Source: a virus (lineage: Duplodnaviria > Caudoviricetes). Taken from it: DNA of 64,000 nucleotides. The notes beneath the pieces were generated by a model. It was not told the origin of the DNA, searched no databases, and saw only the letters and a program-made list of their open reading frames with translations. Below are positions 38,140 through 48,695 of this stretch, piece by piece; position 1 is the first letter of the stretch, and every line of letters begins with the position of its first letter. The stretch lies in the IMG/VR virus record IMGVR_UViG_3300031418_000003. One strand, 5' to 3'. The translations under genes were made by a program, and so were the position numbers.

Positions 38140-38814
38140 CTATCTTTGTGTTGACAACATTGCTGCTAAACGATTTCGCCATACATCAATTGCACTGGTT
38201 CCCTTGATTACCGCATTCAGTGTCGCATTGGCACGAACGAAGTTCCAAGAAGTGATAATCGGCCCAAACACAATTATAAACAACTGGGCATCTCCTGGAA
38301 GGACATGATCAGTTAACATTGAATCGTGTATTGTCCAAGTGAACAGTAAACTACAAAAGCAAATAACATGAGTAGAGATCGCTCCTGCAATGGCTCTCAA
38401 CAAAACCGTTGTAGGACCCACAATCTCACGTTCAAATGCTATATCGTGTTGCGAGACAATACCCACAGCAGGCGCCACAGTCACTGGTGGTTGTTCGGGG
38501 ACAACACTACCATCACCTGCCGGCTTACCTTCTAGTTCGTCCGTCACACCCACGATAGTTGAAATAATAGATTTGGCATTAACAAAGTTTATCGTAATGA
38601 TAATAGGACCGATGATCATTAACAACCCTGTCATGAACTCTGGCCACGGTGCTCTGTTGACTGTTACACTGACGTGAACAGACCAAATAAAGATCACACT
38701 CATTACGGACACTGTTAAGCACGAATTAAACCCAGAGACCGCCCGGAGTACCACCGGTATACGATCCCAAGGTTTAACTTCGTAATTGGTTTTAACCTTT
38801 AAGGCAGGTGCCAT
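38140..38814 (-). CDS. 4-TM membrane protein with an internal duplication (holin candidate)
   Basis: Two homologous halves, each LRAxxG...W...GPII...NFVxA, with 2 TM per half. Confidence 0.7.
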   Translation of the reverse strand: MAPALKVKTNYEVKPWDRIPVVLRAVSGFNSCLTVSVMSVIFIWSVHVSVTVNRAPWPEFMTGLLMIIGPIIITINFVNAKSIISTIVGVTDELEGKPAGDGSVVPEQPPVTVAPAVGIVSQHDIAFEREIVGPTTVLLRAIAGAISTHVICFCSLLFTWTIHDSMLTDHVLPGDAQLFIIVFGPIITSWNFVRANATLNAVIKGTSAIDVWRNRLAAMLSTQR

Positions 38815-39367
38815 CGAACACGTCCCAACCTAAGTCTTTGTAATATTGCACAGCAACATACAACGCAATGAGGATCCCGTCATTAGCGTGCTCAGTAAGA
38901 GTGTCCAAATCAAATCCATTCAGATCCAGGAACGGGCAGTCACGCAACCCTTTGGTTACATCATCCTTAGTGGTCCCACGGAAATCGACCTTAACAATTT
39001 GTTTAGCCAAACGTGGTAACACTAATTTAAAGGGGGTGTCTGCTTTATTCGTTACGGTATAGATGTTCAGGTAAGACACTACTTCAATGAGTCGTTTAAA
39101 ACTGGCTGGGTTGACGCCTAAGAAGTTATCTTCACAACCTACTACGGTTGGGTCGATCATATCGAACACATGCCCGTAAGCGCGTGTAAGTCCTTTAGCG
39201 CGGGTTTGTGATGGATTGTCAGCACGAACCCCAAACTCATTATGCTCGCCACTTAAGGTATCGGCATAAATCAGTTTAAACTTCTTTCTCTCATAACAAT
39301 CCACTTCCAATGCAGCGGCACCGAGCTGACCAGTGCCTGGGTCAATCCCTAAGATTTTAACACTCAT
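38792..39367 (-). CDS. ruvC: RuvC-like Holliday junction resolvase
   Basis: ILGIDPG, CEDNF, KDDV and HANDG acidic catalytic motifs. Confidence 0.85.
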   Translation of the reverse strand: MSVKILGIDPGTGQLGAAALEVDCYERKKFKLIYADTLSGEHNEFGVRADNPSQTRAKGLTRAYGHVFDMIDPTVVGCEDNFLGVNPASFKRLIEVVSYLNIYTVTNKADTPFKLVLPRLAKQIVKVDFRGTTKDDVTKGLRDCPFLDLNGFDLDTLTEHANDGILIALYVAVQYYKDLGWDVFDGTCLKG

Positions 39368-39371
39368 AATT

Positions 39372-39998
39372 TTATCTCACAACAAGTGCATGGAGTTTAT
39401 ACTCCCCATACAACATTAACTCCACCACAGCTAAACACTTAGCCTCAGGATTGAAGTTATAAACGCCCGGAGCATCCGCACCAGCACCAAAGTACCGTAA
39501 TACGAAATACGCCGTCGTGCATCCCTGACTTGGGTTCGAGGTCCAGCCATCCCCGACGTTGTAGTTGTTGAGTAAAGTCATCAATTTGTATGACGTATCC
39601 CCACCAACCACACCTGAGTTATAACGCACGTCAAGACGCACATCTTTTAAAAACTCAAGCTCTTTTTCACTATTTATGATAATGCCAAAATTCTTGATAA
39701 CAGGATCAAAAACAAAGGCTTTGGGGTGTTCTACGGTTTCATTGATTCCGGTCAGTACTGGGAGATTACTTCCAGAGTCAATCACCACCCAAACTAATCC
39801 ACCTGTTGATGCGTTTACGATGTCGAGACAAAGCAAGCCATCGCTGTTAATGTACGCTAAACGATCTTCATAATTATTGGGATCGAGTGTCAACCCGTAT
39901 TTATCATTGATGGTACTGATAATCGCCTTGACGGTTGACCACTTACTTAACGGCACATCTAAAGGGGAACTAGGTTGGGACTTATCGGGTTCTGCCAT
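39372..39998 (-). CDS. Hypothetical, probably virion-associated protein (208 aa)
   Basis: ORF in the baseplate operon; context only. Confidence 0.6.
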   Translation of the reverse strand: MAEPDKSQPSSPLDVPLSKWSTVKAIISTINDKYGLTLDPNNYEDRLAYINSDGLLCLDIVNASTGGLVWVVIDSGSNLPVLTGINETVEHPKAFVFDPVIKNFGIIINSEKELEFLKDVRLDVRYNSGVVGGDTSYKLMTLLNNYNVGDGWTSNPSQGCTTAYFVLRYFGAGADAPGVYNFNPEAKCLAVVELMLYGEYKLHALVVR

Positions 39999-40015
39999 AA
40001 TAAGTCCCTTCTTTA

Positions 40016-40945
40016 TTAGCTAACGTTAGCCGCTGCCAATGCATCCGCACCAATCAGAAGTGGGAGTGAGTTACCGTACCAGAAGAACCATGGCATCTTG
40101 TTGTTTGCGTTAGCATCGCGCGCATACGCTTCAGTGATCTGGTAAGAGACCGCACAAGAAGTCAGTTCTTTGTAGTTTACAGTGGCACCTGTATCAACTT
40201 GACCTTCATTAGTCGTTTCGATACCGTAACACATGTAGACTTCATTGACCGCTGCTTTGCCTTCATCGTTAAACAGAATACGACAAACGTTACGCAGTTC
40301 TTCCAAATCGTTACTGTCCAGAGACAGGTCAATCTTACCAGTACCGTTAATATAAGTATTGGTGATTGGAACGTTGTTGGTCGAGGTCAGCTGATAAGGG
40401 GTCGGTGACAGGTCTGCTTCACGCGGCACATATTCGCGTTCAGTTTCATTGCCTGTAGCCGGATCACGTTCACCCACTTTCATGGTTGGATCAAATTCGG
40501 TAAAGCCCGCCAGCTTGAGCCAGTACAAAATATAAATATCATCACCGATCTTGCGAACTTCACGGATGCGATAATTATCACGAACAGTAGGGTCCAGATC
40601 GTTACCCAGTTTACGAGCAACCATTGGAATCGGATAGAATGCAGCGAAGTCCACAGCTTTGTGCTGATAAACCTGGCGACCTTCTAAACCAAAGCTGTCT
40701 TCCCCAATTGCACGGGAACCACCGATACCGACACCAAAGTAACCCAGTTGGAAATCACGGCCTTTCTTACGACCCAGTGACTCATCTGCCAGAATGCCGT
40801 ATTTCTCATTCAGCGTGGTGTTCTTTGGAATATTAACAGTTTGGTTGCAAGACAACGCGGCATTGATAATCAGACCCATGCCAGTGGCAGACACCAACTG
40901 GTTAGGCAATTTCTGACTATCACGACCTGTAGAATCAGCCATCAT
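40016..40945 (-). CDS. Conserved jumbo-phage virion structural (baseplate-region) protein (309 aa)
   Basis: Motifs TTLNEKYGI, YFGVGIGG, PIPMVAR, YWLK resemble the phiKZ-group family I recall; synteny. Confidence 0.7.
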   Translation of the reverse strand: MMADSTGRDSQKLPNQLVSATGMGLIINAALSCNQTVNIPKNTTLNEKYGILADESLGRKKGRDFQLGYFGVGIGGSRAIGEDSFGLEGRQVYQHKAVDFAAFYPIPMVARKLGNDLDPTVRDNYRIREVRKIGDDIYILYWLKLAGFTEFDPTMKVGERDPATGNETEREYVPREADLSPTPYQLTSTNNVPITNTYINGTGKIDLSLDSNDLEELRNVCRILFNDEGKAAVNEVYMCYGIETTNEGQVDTGATVNYKELTSCAVSYQITEAYARDANANNKMPWFFWYGNSLPLLIGADALAAANVS

Positions 40946-40951
40946 ATTTCC

Positions 40952-41209
40952 TTAAGTAATGTACTTACGATATTTAATTTTAAATTGACCGCAATAAATC
41001 GGACACTCAGGATGGATACGGATAAGGTATCCTCCTGTGACGTGCTCAATCGATTCAATGTCGGTAGAATAGAGTTCGGTCCCTATAAAAGAACGTACAA
41101 GCCTCACAACATCCGAAGGGGTAATTTCCTCGAGTGATGTCTTAAGGCTGTGCTTAGTAATAAAGCCCAAATTCTGTTTAGTGAGGGAGGGTGTTCTCCA
41201 CTTCGCCAT
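40952..41209 (-). CDS. Small hypothetical protein (about 85 aa)
   Basis: ORF overlapping the upstream stop; start uncertain. Confidence 0.6.
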   Translation of the reverse strand: MAKWRTPSLTKQNLGFITKHSLKTSLEEITPSDVVRLVRSFIGTELYSTDIESIEHVTGGYLIRIHPECPIYCGQFKIKYRKYIT

Positions 41210-43322
41210 TATCAACAACTTCTTTTAATGTCATACTGTTGGAAAGGTAAACGTTATTGACCGAAGGTTCATAGTCAATTGGTTTGAGCACCATCGCGTT
41301 ACTGAGTCGAGCATGGCCGACAGATTCAGCCACAAACTGGAACGGTACAGGACCACCGACATCAAATTTAATCTCGTTTGCAATGAGCTCAGCTTGAGGC
41401 TTCACGGTCATGGCGTTAGAGAGAAATTCATCGCTGGTATACTCAAGACCGGTTTCACCATTCTTGTGCCAATAGTCGCCATCCATTAACATCATGTATG
41501 GAAGGTTGAATTGACCTTCAGCAGTCACCGTACTTCCGATGTACTGAACAGTATAACTGGTGAGATCTTTCATCAGGTTAATCAGGAGACGTTGCTGCTC
41601 TCCTACGCTGACAATACTGTTATCTTCCCAACCGGTAACTTTACTCCAAATTGACCAGGCATAATCCAGACATTCTTCTGGAGTGTAGTCAATGAAGTCA
41701 ATATCCATCTTAGTCAAGAAATCATCGTAGGTTGCGAAATTACCGATCTTCGCCAAGCCATTTTCATAGCAAGCATTGACAGCATTTTCACGACGTGAAG
41801 AGATGAAGAGGTTGTTAACCTGTGAGTACAGTTTCTTGTGTTTCCACATTGCCGACTGTACTTCTTGACATTTCTGGAAGAACGTATCCGGGGAAATCAA
41901 TGTTGGGAAATCCACGTGGACCTTGAGAATGTTTTCACACACTTCTTTGGTTAGGATTTCATAACCACCCAATGTTTGCAATTCGGCCAATGTCGGATCA
42001 ACCAACTTGCGAACATGCCAATAGTTGTACTCTGGGATATCACCAGGTCTTGTGATCCCGCGTGAGCGATCAATGAGATAGTGCCAGAGAATAACCGCTT
42101 CACTGGTGGTCATACGGGTTGCTTTTCCGCTACGGGAGTCAACCACGTCTACATTAATATTGTACAGTCCTTCAAAAGTTAAATAGATCCACTCATTATG
42201 AAGTACCCGCATGATTCGATCGGGATCACGGTCAGTGGTATCCACCAGGTTGGATTCCAGTACCTTGGTCGGGACATCAGAGTGCAACGAGTATTTAATC
42301 GCCGACTCGGTGTCCGTGGTGGTCAAGGCTGAGGCGTCTTCGTTATCCAACGCTAAAGGCAATTCCTTGGTAATAACTTCAGGAACCGTCCAGATCTTCG
42401 TATCCACACCATACAGCTTGGTCAAGTTAATCGGGCGACTCAACACATACGGCGCAGGTTCTAAAGTATCCGTCATCTTCTCAGTAGACTGAATAACTTC
42501 ATAACGAATCAGGGGGATGTTGCGAGAGGTCAAGACTTTCTCAAGAACCAAGTCAAAACTCTCACGTCGGCCCAGCATACGAAGAACATGTTCCAGGTTA
42601 TGATACAACCACATGGTCTGGTCATTGTTAACCACGTTCTTATAAACGTCTGATAATCCCAATGAACGCAGTCTGCTCCAGATATAAAACTCATGGGCAT
42701 AGCGTGTACCATCGGCCTCTTTACGAATCATCAGAATCGAACTGATCAGCATTCCATAAAGTTGTGCCAATAGAGCTGGCAGCATTAAGTTATCAGTGTA
42801 CACATATTCTGTTTTAAACGATCCCTTTACCGTTGCGTAAATCTGCTCTTGTAAAGCAGGGATGAGTTGGTATTCATTCCACAATACATAGTCAGTATTA
42901 TATCTCAGGATTTGGTAATCATTTGCTGGGACAGATTCTGTTGGCGGGATAGGGTTTAGGATACCGTTGATCAGAATTAACTGACCGGGGTATTCAGAAA
43001 CCAATCTCGTGTAATAGTACGACCCTAATCGATATGCACGTTTGGTTGCGGTGTGAATTGCCAAGTTAGCTTTGGTGAACTCAATGACCTCGCCATTGTC
43101 CAAAGACTTGACAGTCATCATCTTGTCCATCGCTTGATGGTACTCGCCATTTAAATTGAGATAATACTTCCACTTGCTTTTGTCAGTACCCGCATCAATG
43201 TTGTAGTACTGTTTAAGCTGTTGGTTATCCAAAATAGCGAGTGCTTCACTTTTTATGATAATCGTTCTGGCGAACGCTATCGTATTTAAGATATAAGCTT
43301 TAAACTCGGTATTGTTAAGCAT
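41178..43322 (-). CDS. Baseplate structural protein (phiKZ gp128-like), start MLNNTEF
   Basis: WKYYLNLNGEYH and GILNP motifs; divergent from the portal as in phiKZ-like phages; AGGA RBS. Confidence 0.75.
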   Translation of the reverse strand: MLNNTEFKAYILNTIAFARTIIIKSEALAILDNQQLKQYYNIDAGTDKSKWKYYLNLNGEYHQAMDKMMTVKSLDNGEVIEFTKANLAIHTATKRAYRLGSYYYTRLVSEYPGQLILINGILNPIPPTESVPANDYQILRYNTDYVLWNEYQLIPALQEQIYATVKGSFKTEYVYTDNLMLPALLAQLYGMLISSILMIRKEADGTRYAHEFYIWSRLRSLGLSDVYKNVVNNDQTMWLYHNLEHVLRMLGRRESFDLVLEKVLTSRNIPLIRYEVIQSTEKMTDTLEPAPYVLSRPINLTKLYGVDTKIWTVPEVITKELPLALDNEDASALTTTDTESAIKYSLHSDVPTKVLESNLVDTTDRDPDRIMRVLHNEWIYLTFEGLYNINVDVVDSRSGKATRMTTSEAVILWHYLIDRSRGITRPGDIPEYNYWHVRKLVDPTLAELQTLGGYEILTKEVCENILKVHVDFPTLISPDTFFQKCQEVQSAMWKHKKLYSQVNNLFISSRRENAVNACYENGLAKIGNFATYDDFLTKMDIDFIDYTPEECLDYAWSIWSKVTGWEDNSIVSVGEQQRLLINLMKDLTSYTVQYIGSTVTAEGQFNLPYMMLMDGDYWHKNGETGLEYTSDEFLSNAMTVKPQAELIANEIKFDVGGPVPFQFVAESVGHARLSNAMVLKPIDYEPSVNNVYLSNSMTLKEVVDNGEVENTLPH

Positions 43323-43350
43323 AAAGGTTCCTGTAAGGAGAATCCAGTCC

Positions 43351-46215
43351 ATGACTACAAATACTCAGCAGCTACCCAATGGGTATAAGCCTGCTGATCA
43401 GGCCAAATTAAAAGGCCGGTTGGAAAACCTTTCACCTCTCGATAAAAGTCTTCGTAGTTTATTAGTCAAGGATGATGATATAAAGAACGACAGACAGATG
43501 GAAGAGAAAAGTAAACCACCCATCTCGAAAGTAAAAAGTATTTCCGACATAATCAGTAATAACGTCCAGGCCAATACAGACCTGCGCACAATTACTCATT
43601 ATATCAAACGCGCTGAGCAAATCTGGACCGCTTTGTTGTTGAAGCCAAATGGGGATCAGCGTCAGTTATTGATCTATGACACCGAAAGTTCTGAAGTAAA
43701 GAATGGTAAACTTCATGAACTGTTACTCCAGAAAGTGGAGAACTATTTCACAACAAAATACCCCTTTGAAGAGTTGGCTCCTCAAATTATTAAAGATGTT
43801 CTTTTTCGTACCGGTTCTTATGCTCACGTAAGCATGAGTCATGCGGTTTTAGACCATCTCATTAATGGCATGGAGGTCTCAGGTACTGAGTCTTTTAAAA
43901 GCTCAACTGAGGCTGTACTGACTCAACACTTTGTTGATCGTGATTGGCGTAAAGCCCGTAACTTAGGTTATATTCGTCAAGAGAAAAAGTCTACTCACGC
44001 CATGAGTGGCCTTGAAGCACTTTACGGGAATGAAGCGCCCCGCGAACCTGAATACTCTCTAGTACACCCTGATCTTAACTGGACCTTTACCGATAACCCT
44101 GTCGTCATTAAAGTCGGTGAACTGACCCAAGCCCTGCGTGAGGAACGCTTGCGTCAGATGGCGGGGATGGAAGGTGTTGACTCTGCGATCAGCAACGTCT
44201 TTAAGAAAGAAAAGGGTAAGCGTCACAAAGCCAACAACAACCATGTTGTTATTCCTGATAAAAAGGAATTGGATAAACAACTGGCTGAGCTGTACCCTAA
44301 TCGTCGTTATGACCATCTTGAAACACTGTCCGTACGTAAAGGGAAGTTCTATACTGGGACGGGTCGTGGATTGGGGATCAGTTACCACTGGCCAACTGAA
44401 TCGTGCATTCCGGTTCATGTTAATGGTGAGATTGGTAAGCCGTTTGGCTTTATCTTACTGACTGACCCCGATACCGGTTCACCACTGAAAACTGTTAGTG
44501 ACGTTAAGTTCTATCAGACCACTAAGAGCGGTGGTGCAGGTGCAGTCGGTGCAGGTCCCGCGGTTAACTCCATCAATGATATCATTCAGCAGATTCGCAC
44601 CATTTCTACAGGCGGTGAATGTACCGCGGATATGGGCTGGATGTCAGAGTTTGCTTCTGCCACACTTGAGAAAGAATTCATTCAGGGATTCTTCAACGGT
44701 GATCTGGGCAAAGACGTTAGCGTGTCATTAACTGAAGAGAACAAAAAGTTGTACCTGTCTCGTGCCCTGAAACAACAGGGTGTGCGTGCGATCTTTGTCC
44801 CTTCTGAATATGTGACTTATGCTGCTGTTGACTGGAACCGTATAGGTGTTGGTCGCTCTCTGGTTGATGAAGCTAAACTGCACATTGCCCGTCTGGCGGT
44901 ATTGGATACAGCAAACGCCCTGGCCCAGGTTGAGAACTCCATCTCTCACACCTTACTGGAAATTACTCCAGAAGAAGAAGATGTGGACATTCGTAACACG
45001 GTTTCCTTGCTGCGTGATGAATGGTTCTCTGGTAACCCGACTCTGCATGATATCCTGGGTTACAACAACGTTTCTATCGATGCGATTCTGGATCGGTTTA
45101 AAGAACAATCACTGACGGTTAAGGTCAATGCTTCCAGCAACCCACACACCGTGAATCCTGACATCACTGCCTCACAGATGGAACGTGAGCCACTGAAGAC
45201 GGTTGACCCAGAAGCCCGTGAACAGTTGTTGAACACGATCTCTGGTTTCTTTGGACTGAAACGTAGTTGGTTAGAAGACACGGGTGAAGGTAATGACTTT
45301 GCAATCGAAGCATTAGCGGATCAAGAACTTCTGCGTAACCAGACCAACGAATACTCTCGCATCTTCTCCCAGTACTTCACTGACATCATGCGCAAACACA
45401 TGCGTGTTAATGAAGCCTTTATCGGTGAGTTGGTTGAGGTCATTAAAGAGAACAAAACTCTTTATATGAAATCTGACCAAACCGGTTCACTGGAAGTCAA
45501 AGAAGAGACTGCTGAAAAAATCAACAAGACTGGTGATGATGATACTGAAGTTGAGGATGTAGAACAGATTGAACTGGTTCTGAAAGATTTCTTGAACACG
45601 TTCTTTGTTCTGTTACCAACTCCAGCGATTACTGACTCTCTGGTTAAACTTGAAGATAAGATCGAAGCGGTTGAGAAGTTAGTTGAGTCTTGGGTTAACC
45701 TGGGTGGTGGTTCTAAGCTATTGAAACGTCGTGCAGAAGAAGCAGGTCTGAACGGTGATGATATTGTCGAGAACATGAAAGCTATTCTACTCAACGAAGC
45801 CTTTGAGCGCTTTAACTTACCGATGCCATTCGAAGCGATTCTGAATAAAGGTAAGACCGGCGGCATGATGACCTATATCAACAAGTCTGTTGATCTGGAC
45901 ACCAACGTACTGTCGTTCTTGCTGGAGTACCGTAAGGGTATTCATAAGAATGCGAAGAAAGCCGAGAAGCTTAAAGAGCAAGTTGACAAGGATAATAACC
46001 CGATAGACAACGACCAGCTCCCAGAAGGTGAAGAGGATTTCACCGGTGATGGAACGCAGGTTGACGTTGGAGATGAAACTATCACTGACGGGAATGGTAA
46101 CACTGATGTAGTTCAGCAAACTGAAAATAGCGATGATCTCGCTGATCAGGATGATGGACTGAATGATGAAACCAAACCTGATCCTAGTGATGATATCTGG
46201 GGTGGTAATCAGTAA
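43351..46215 (+). CDS. Portal protein (phiKZ gp129-like), start MTTNTQQ
   Basis: AAGGAG RBS; about 950 aa; SGTE, SGLE and AGME processing-type sites in the N-terminal 275 aa; acidic C-terminal tail; inverted position between baseplate genes and the RNAP/MCP block. Confidence 0.8.
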   Translation: MTTNTQQLPNGYKPADQAKLKGRLENLSPLDKSLRSLLVKDDDIKNDRQMEEKSKPPISKVKSISDIISNNVQANTDLRTITHYIKRAEQIWTALLLKPNGDQRQLLIYDTESSEVKNGKLHELLLQKVENYFTTKYPFEELAPQIIKDVLFRTGSYAHVSMSHAVLDHLINGMEVSGTESFKSSTEAVLTQHFVDRDWRKARNLGYIRQEKKSTHAMSGLEALYGNEAPREPEYSLVHPDLNWTFTDNPVVIKVGELTQALREERLRQMAGMEGVDSAISNVFKKEKGKRHKANNNHVVIPDKKELDKQLAELYPNRRYDHLETLSVRKGKFYTGTGRGLGISYHWPTESCIPVHVNGEIGKPFGFILLTDPDTGSPLKTVSDVKFYQTTKSGGAGAVGAGPAVNSINDIIQQIRTISTGGECTADMGWMSEFASATLEKEFIQGFFNGDLGKDVSVSLTEENKKLYLSRALKQQGVRAIFVPSEYVTYAAVDWNRIGVGRSLVDEAKLHIARLAVLDTANALAQVENSISHTLLEITPEEEDVDIRNTVSLLRDEWFSGNPTLHDILGYNNVSIDAILDRFKEQSLTVKVNASSNPHTVNPDITASQMEREPLKTVDPEAREQLLNTISGFFGLKRSWLEDTGEGNDFAIEALADQELLRNQTNEYSRIFSQYFTDIMRKHMRVNEAFIGELVEVIKENKTLYMKSDQTGSLEVKEETAEKINKTGDDDTEVEDVEQIELVLKDFLNTFFVLLPTPAITDSLVKLEDKIEAVEKLVESWVNLGGGSKLLKRRAEEAGLNGDDIVENMKAILLNEAFERFNLPMPFEAILNKGKTGGMMTYINKSVDLDTNVLSFLLEYRKGIHKNAKKAEKLKEQVDKDNNPIDNDQLPEGEEDFTGDGTQVDVGDETITDGNGNTDVVQQTENSDDLADQDDGLNDETKPDPSDDIWGGNQ

Positions 46216-46243
46216 GAAACAAAAAAAATTAAGTACAGTAAAA

Positions 46244-46271
46244 CCCTACTCTCCCAATTGGGAGAGTAGGG
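46244..46271. terminator. Bidirectional terminator (perfect 28-nt palindrome)
   Basis: CCCTACTCTCCCAA|TTGGGAGAGTAGGG between convergent genes. Confidence 0.85.
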
Positions 46272-46277
46272 AATTGC

Positions 46278-46814
46278 TTATGCTTCTGCTGCCAGGTCTT
46301 CAACGTTGACAGCGATTTTGCCTTTGATCAGGTTCAGTGCTGCATCACGCACATAGGCAGATGCAACAAAGGTACCGTTACCTACCAGGCTGGTGCTAAC
46401 CACGCTCGCCATGAAGTTGTTGTTCACAACTGGTACGAAGTCCAGACCAAAACGCAGAGTAGAAGCAACCAGAGCAGTTGCGGTACCCACGCCAGCGATT
46501 TCCAGAGCAGAGTACTGCTCGGCGTTATCACCGTCCAAGTTAGCGCGCAGTTTGTTGGTTACCAGCATATCGCCAACAGAACCTGCTGCAGCGATGGCAC
46601 CAGCACCCACAACGTCAACCCAGCTGCGACGACGCAGTGAGGCTTTGACGCCTTGCAGTTTACCGGCCTTTACAACTTCCGCAACAACGTCATCTGCTTT
46701 AGCGGTATCTGCTGCTGTCAGAGTTTTCTGCTCAACAGTTTCAACGGTTTCGATTGCGCCGTTGTTAGTGATAGTTTCGTTGGTGTTCTGAGCAGTGGTG
46801 TTAGTGTGTTTCAT
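46278..46814 (-). CDS. Ala/Gly/Val-rich putative membrane-inserting protein (178 aa)
   Basis: Three moderately hydrophobic small-residue helices; codon usage like highly expressed genes (CTG, CGT, GCT, AAC); own promoter motif. Confidence 0.75.
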   Translation of the reverse strand: MKHTNTTAQNTNETITNNGAIETVETVEQKTLTAADTAKADDVVAEVVKAGKLQGVKASLRRRSWVDVVGAGAIAAAGSVGDMLVTNKLRANLDGDNAEQYSALEIAGVGTATALVASTLRFGLDFVPVVNNNFMASVVSTSLVGNGTFVASAYVRDAALNLIKGKIAVNVEDLAAEA

Positions 46815-46882
46815 GATGATTCCTTACTAAGTTTAGGATTGAGTTTAAGCATTAGGAATTAATACTTATTGTTTATACACTA

Positions 46883-46901
46883 TAATTATATATGTCTGAA
46901 A
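46883..46901 (-). promoter_or_regulatory. Putative phage early promoter (TTTCAGACATATATAATTA)
   Basis: 14/19 identity to the reference copy; intergenic, 69 nt upstream of the start. Confidence 0.55.
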
Positions 46902-46919
46902 TTTCTTGTAACTGAATTC

Positions 46920-48020
46920 TCAGCGCTTTTTCATCCCCGTTATCGGAGTCTCAAGATGATAACGTTTATCATCGGGATTAAGAAACTTATTAAACAGTTT
47001 CAAAATGGAGATGGTTCTACCACGGAATAATTCCCAATACACATCCTGAAAGTGTATTGCAATCTCCCACTTAGTAAGCTCAGGATCAAAATCATCCGGA
47101 TCAAGCATATGGACGTGACCCTTGTATTCGCCATACAAAGTACCAGCAAGTTCGATAAATTGAAAGGCACTCACCCCATAATTACCATTATAATAAAGCT
47201 CTTTCAATGCTCCCTCTAGTTCTTTGATGTGACTGTTCTCCATCCCTTCGATCTCTAGCGAAAGATAGCTAGGGCTTTCTACTACATAGTTGATATCAAT
47301 TGGGTGAGGAAGCATATCTTCAGCTGTAGCATTTCTCAGGTTCTCACTGTTACTTGTCCTGATTGCATTCAGTGTGGGTTCATGACCTGCCGTCCACTCT
47401 TCTAGCAAAGAAGGTCGAGTATGAAGATACTTCTCATCAAACTCTTTAACAGAGAACCCTTCCAGTTTCATTCCCGATTTCAGCGGAATAGCTGAATTAA
47501 GAATTTGCAACAAGATACCTTTGGTTCTCTTGTCGCCTGAAAATTCAACAAAAGACTCTGCGCTACGAACCCACTCAAACGGGTGTTTATCTGGATAAGC
47601 ATCTATCTGTGCGAGTAGAGCTCTAACCGCGGTTTGGGTTTCAGGGGTTGATTTGGAACTCTTTAGATGCACACCCTTAATCTCAACGGGAGGGAATTGT
47701 TTACACCGTTCGATCTGGGTTTGAGTGGGTCGGTTAAAATTGTACCCATGTTTTTCTTGGGTCCACTCTCGCGTACCAATAGTGAGTTCCTGAAGTTTAG
47801 GGTGTTGTTTATCACTACCGTAGAGGTTCAATAAGAATCCATCCTCAGGAGTCAAGTCAAGTATCGGCACTTCCTGTGGAAAAAAGTTCTCTGTCCGATA
47901 AAGCATCCCGTTATGGAATGTCAACTCACCACTGCTCAGCATCTCCGCTTCTTTTTGAGTGATAAGGAATTGGTCTTCTGTGGTGTCAAAAGTTATTAGT
48001 GCTGGATCAATCTTTTTCAT
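46920..48020 (-). CDS. Hypothetical protein (366 aa, start MKKIDP)
   Basis: GGAG RBS before ATG 48020. Confidence 0.8.
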   Translation of the reverse strand: MKKIDPALITFDTTEDQFLITQKEAEMLSSGELTFHNGMLYRTENFFPQEVPILDLTPEDGFLLNLYGSDKQHPKLQELTIGTREWTQEKHGYNFNRPTQTQIERCKQFPPVEIKGVHLKSSKSTPETQTAVRALLAQIDAYPDKHPFEWVRSAESFVEFSGDKRTKGILLQILNSAIPLKSGMKLEGFSVKEFDEKYLHTRPSLLEEWTAGHEPTLNAIRTSNSENLRNATAEDMLPHPIDINYVVESPSYLSLEIEGMENSHIKELEGALKELYYNGNYGVSAFQFIELAGTLYGEYKGHVHMLDPDDFDPELTKWEIAIHFQDVYWELFRGRTISILKLFNKFLNPDDKRYHLETPITGMKKR

Positions 48021-48076
48021 TTGCTTCTCTCCAGAAATTTTCAGAATGGTATTCATGATGCACATTTAGTTAACCC

Positions 48077-48508
48077 TTAACGGTAATTAACCAGCGTACG
48101 TTCTTGATTAACGAGGGCGTGACGAATTAATCGACGAAGGTCTTCGGTAGTAAAATTCTTCAGTTGAAGCAACGCACCTTTATTAGCGGACATTACTTTA
48201 CTTTTATCCAAACGCCATTCCAGAAAACGACGAACTTCGGGTAAAGCAGGTTCCTGTACCATAAGTCGCAATTTGCCATTGCATTTGTTAATGCCTTTCA
48301 AGCGAATAGAATAACGTTCGTATTCACCATTCACAATAAGAACGAATTCCTCATTCTCTTGGATCTCGTCTAACGCCCCTTCCCCAAAAGTGGTACCCTG
48401 GGAGAAACGCAATTTGTTCAGACGTTGTGACAACTCTTCTGTCTTCAATAAGGTCAATTCTTTCTTGGATTTTGACGGTACGAAAATAGAAGTGGTAAAG
48501 GTTTTCAT
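48077..48508 (-). CDS. Hypothetical protein (143 aa)
   Basis: AGGA RBS. Confidence 0.75.
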   Translation of the reverse strand: MKTFTTSIFVPSKSKKELTLLKTEELSQRLNKLRFSQGTTFGEGALDEIQENEEFVLIVNGEYERYSIRLKGINKCNGKLRLMVQEPALPEVRRFLEWRLDKSKVMSANKGALLQLKNFTTEDLRRLIRHALVNQERTLVNYR

Positions 48509-48628
48509 TAATACATTCCTGAGCTGTGGTTAAACAATGTGTAAGAGCCTGTAAACAGCTTTTGCTATATAAAGGATACATATTCCTTCTATATAATAAA
48601 AGACGCTCTGTGAGCGATACAGTAGCAA

Positions 48629-48656
48629 AGAGAGCCTACCCGAAGGCAGGCTCTCT
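48629..48656 (-). terminator. Terminator with a cUUCGg tetraloop
   Basis: Minus strand AGAGAGCCTGCC-TTCG-GGTAGGCTCTCT. Confidence 0.8.
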
Positions 48657-48695
48657 AGGTTAACTTAATTCATGAATTAACTTATTTGCTACCGA

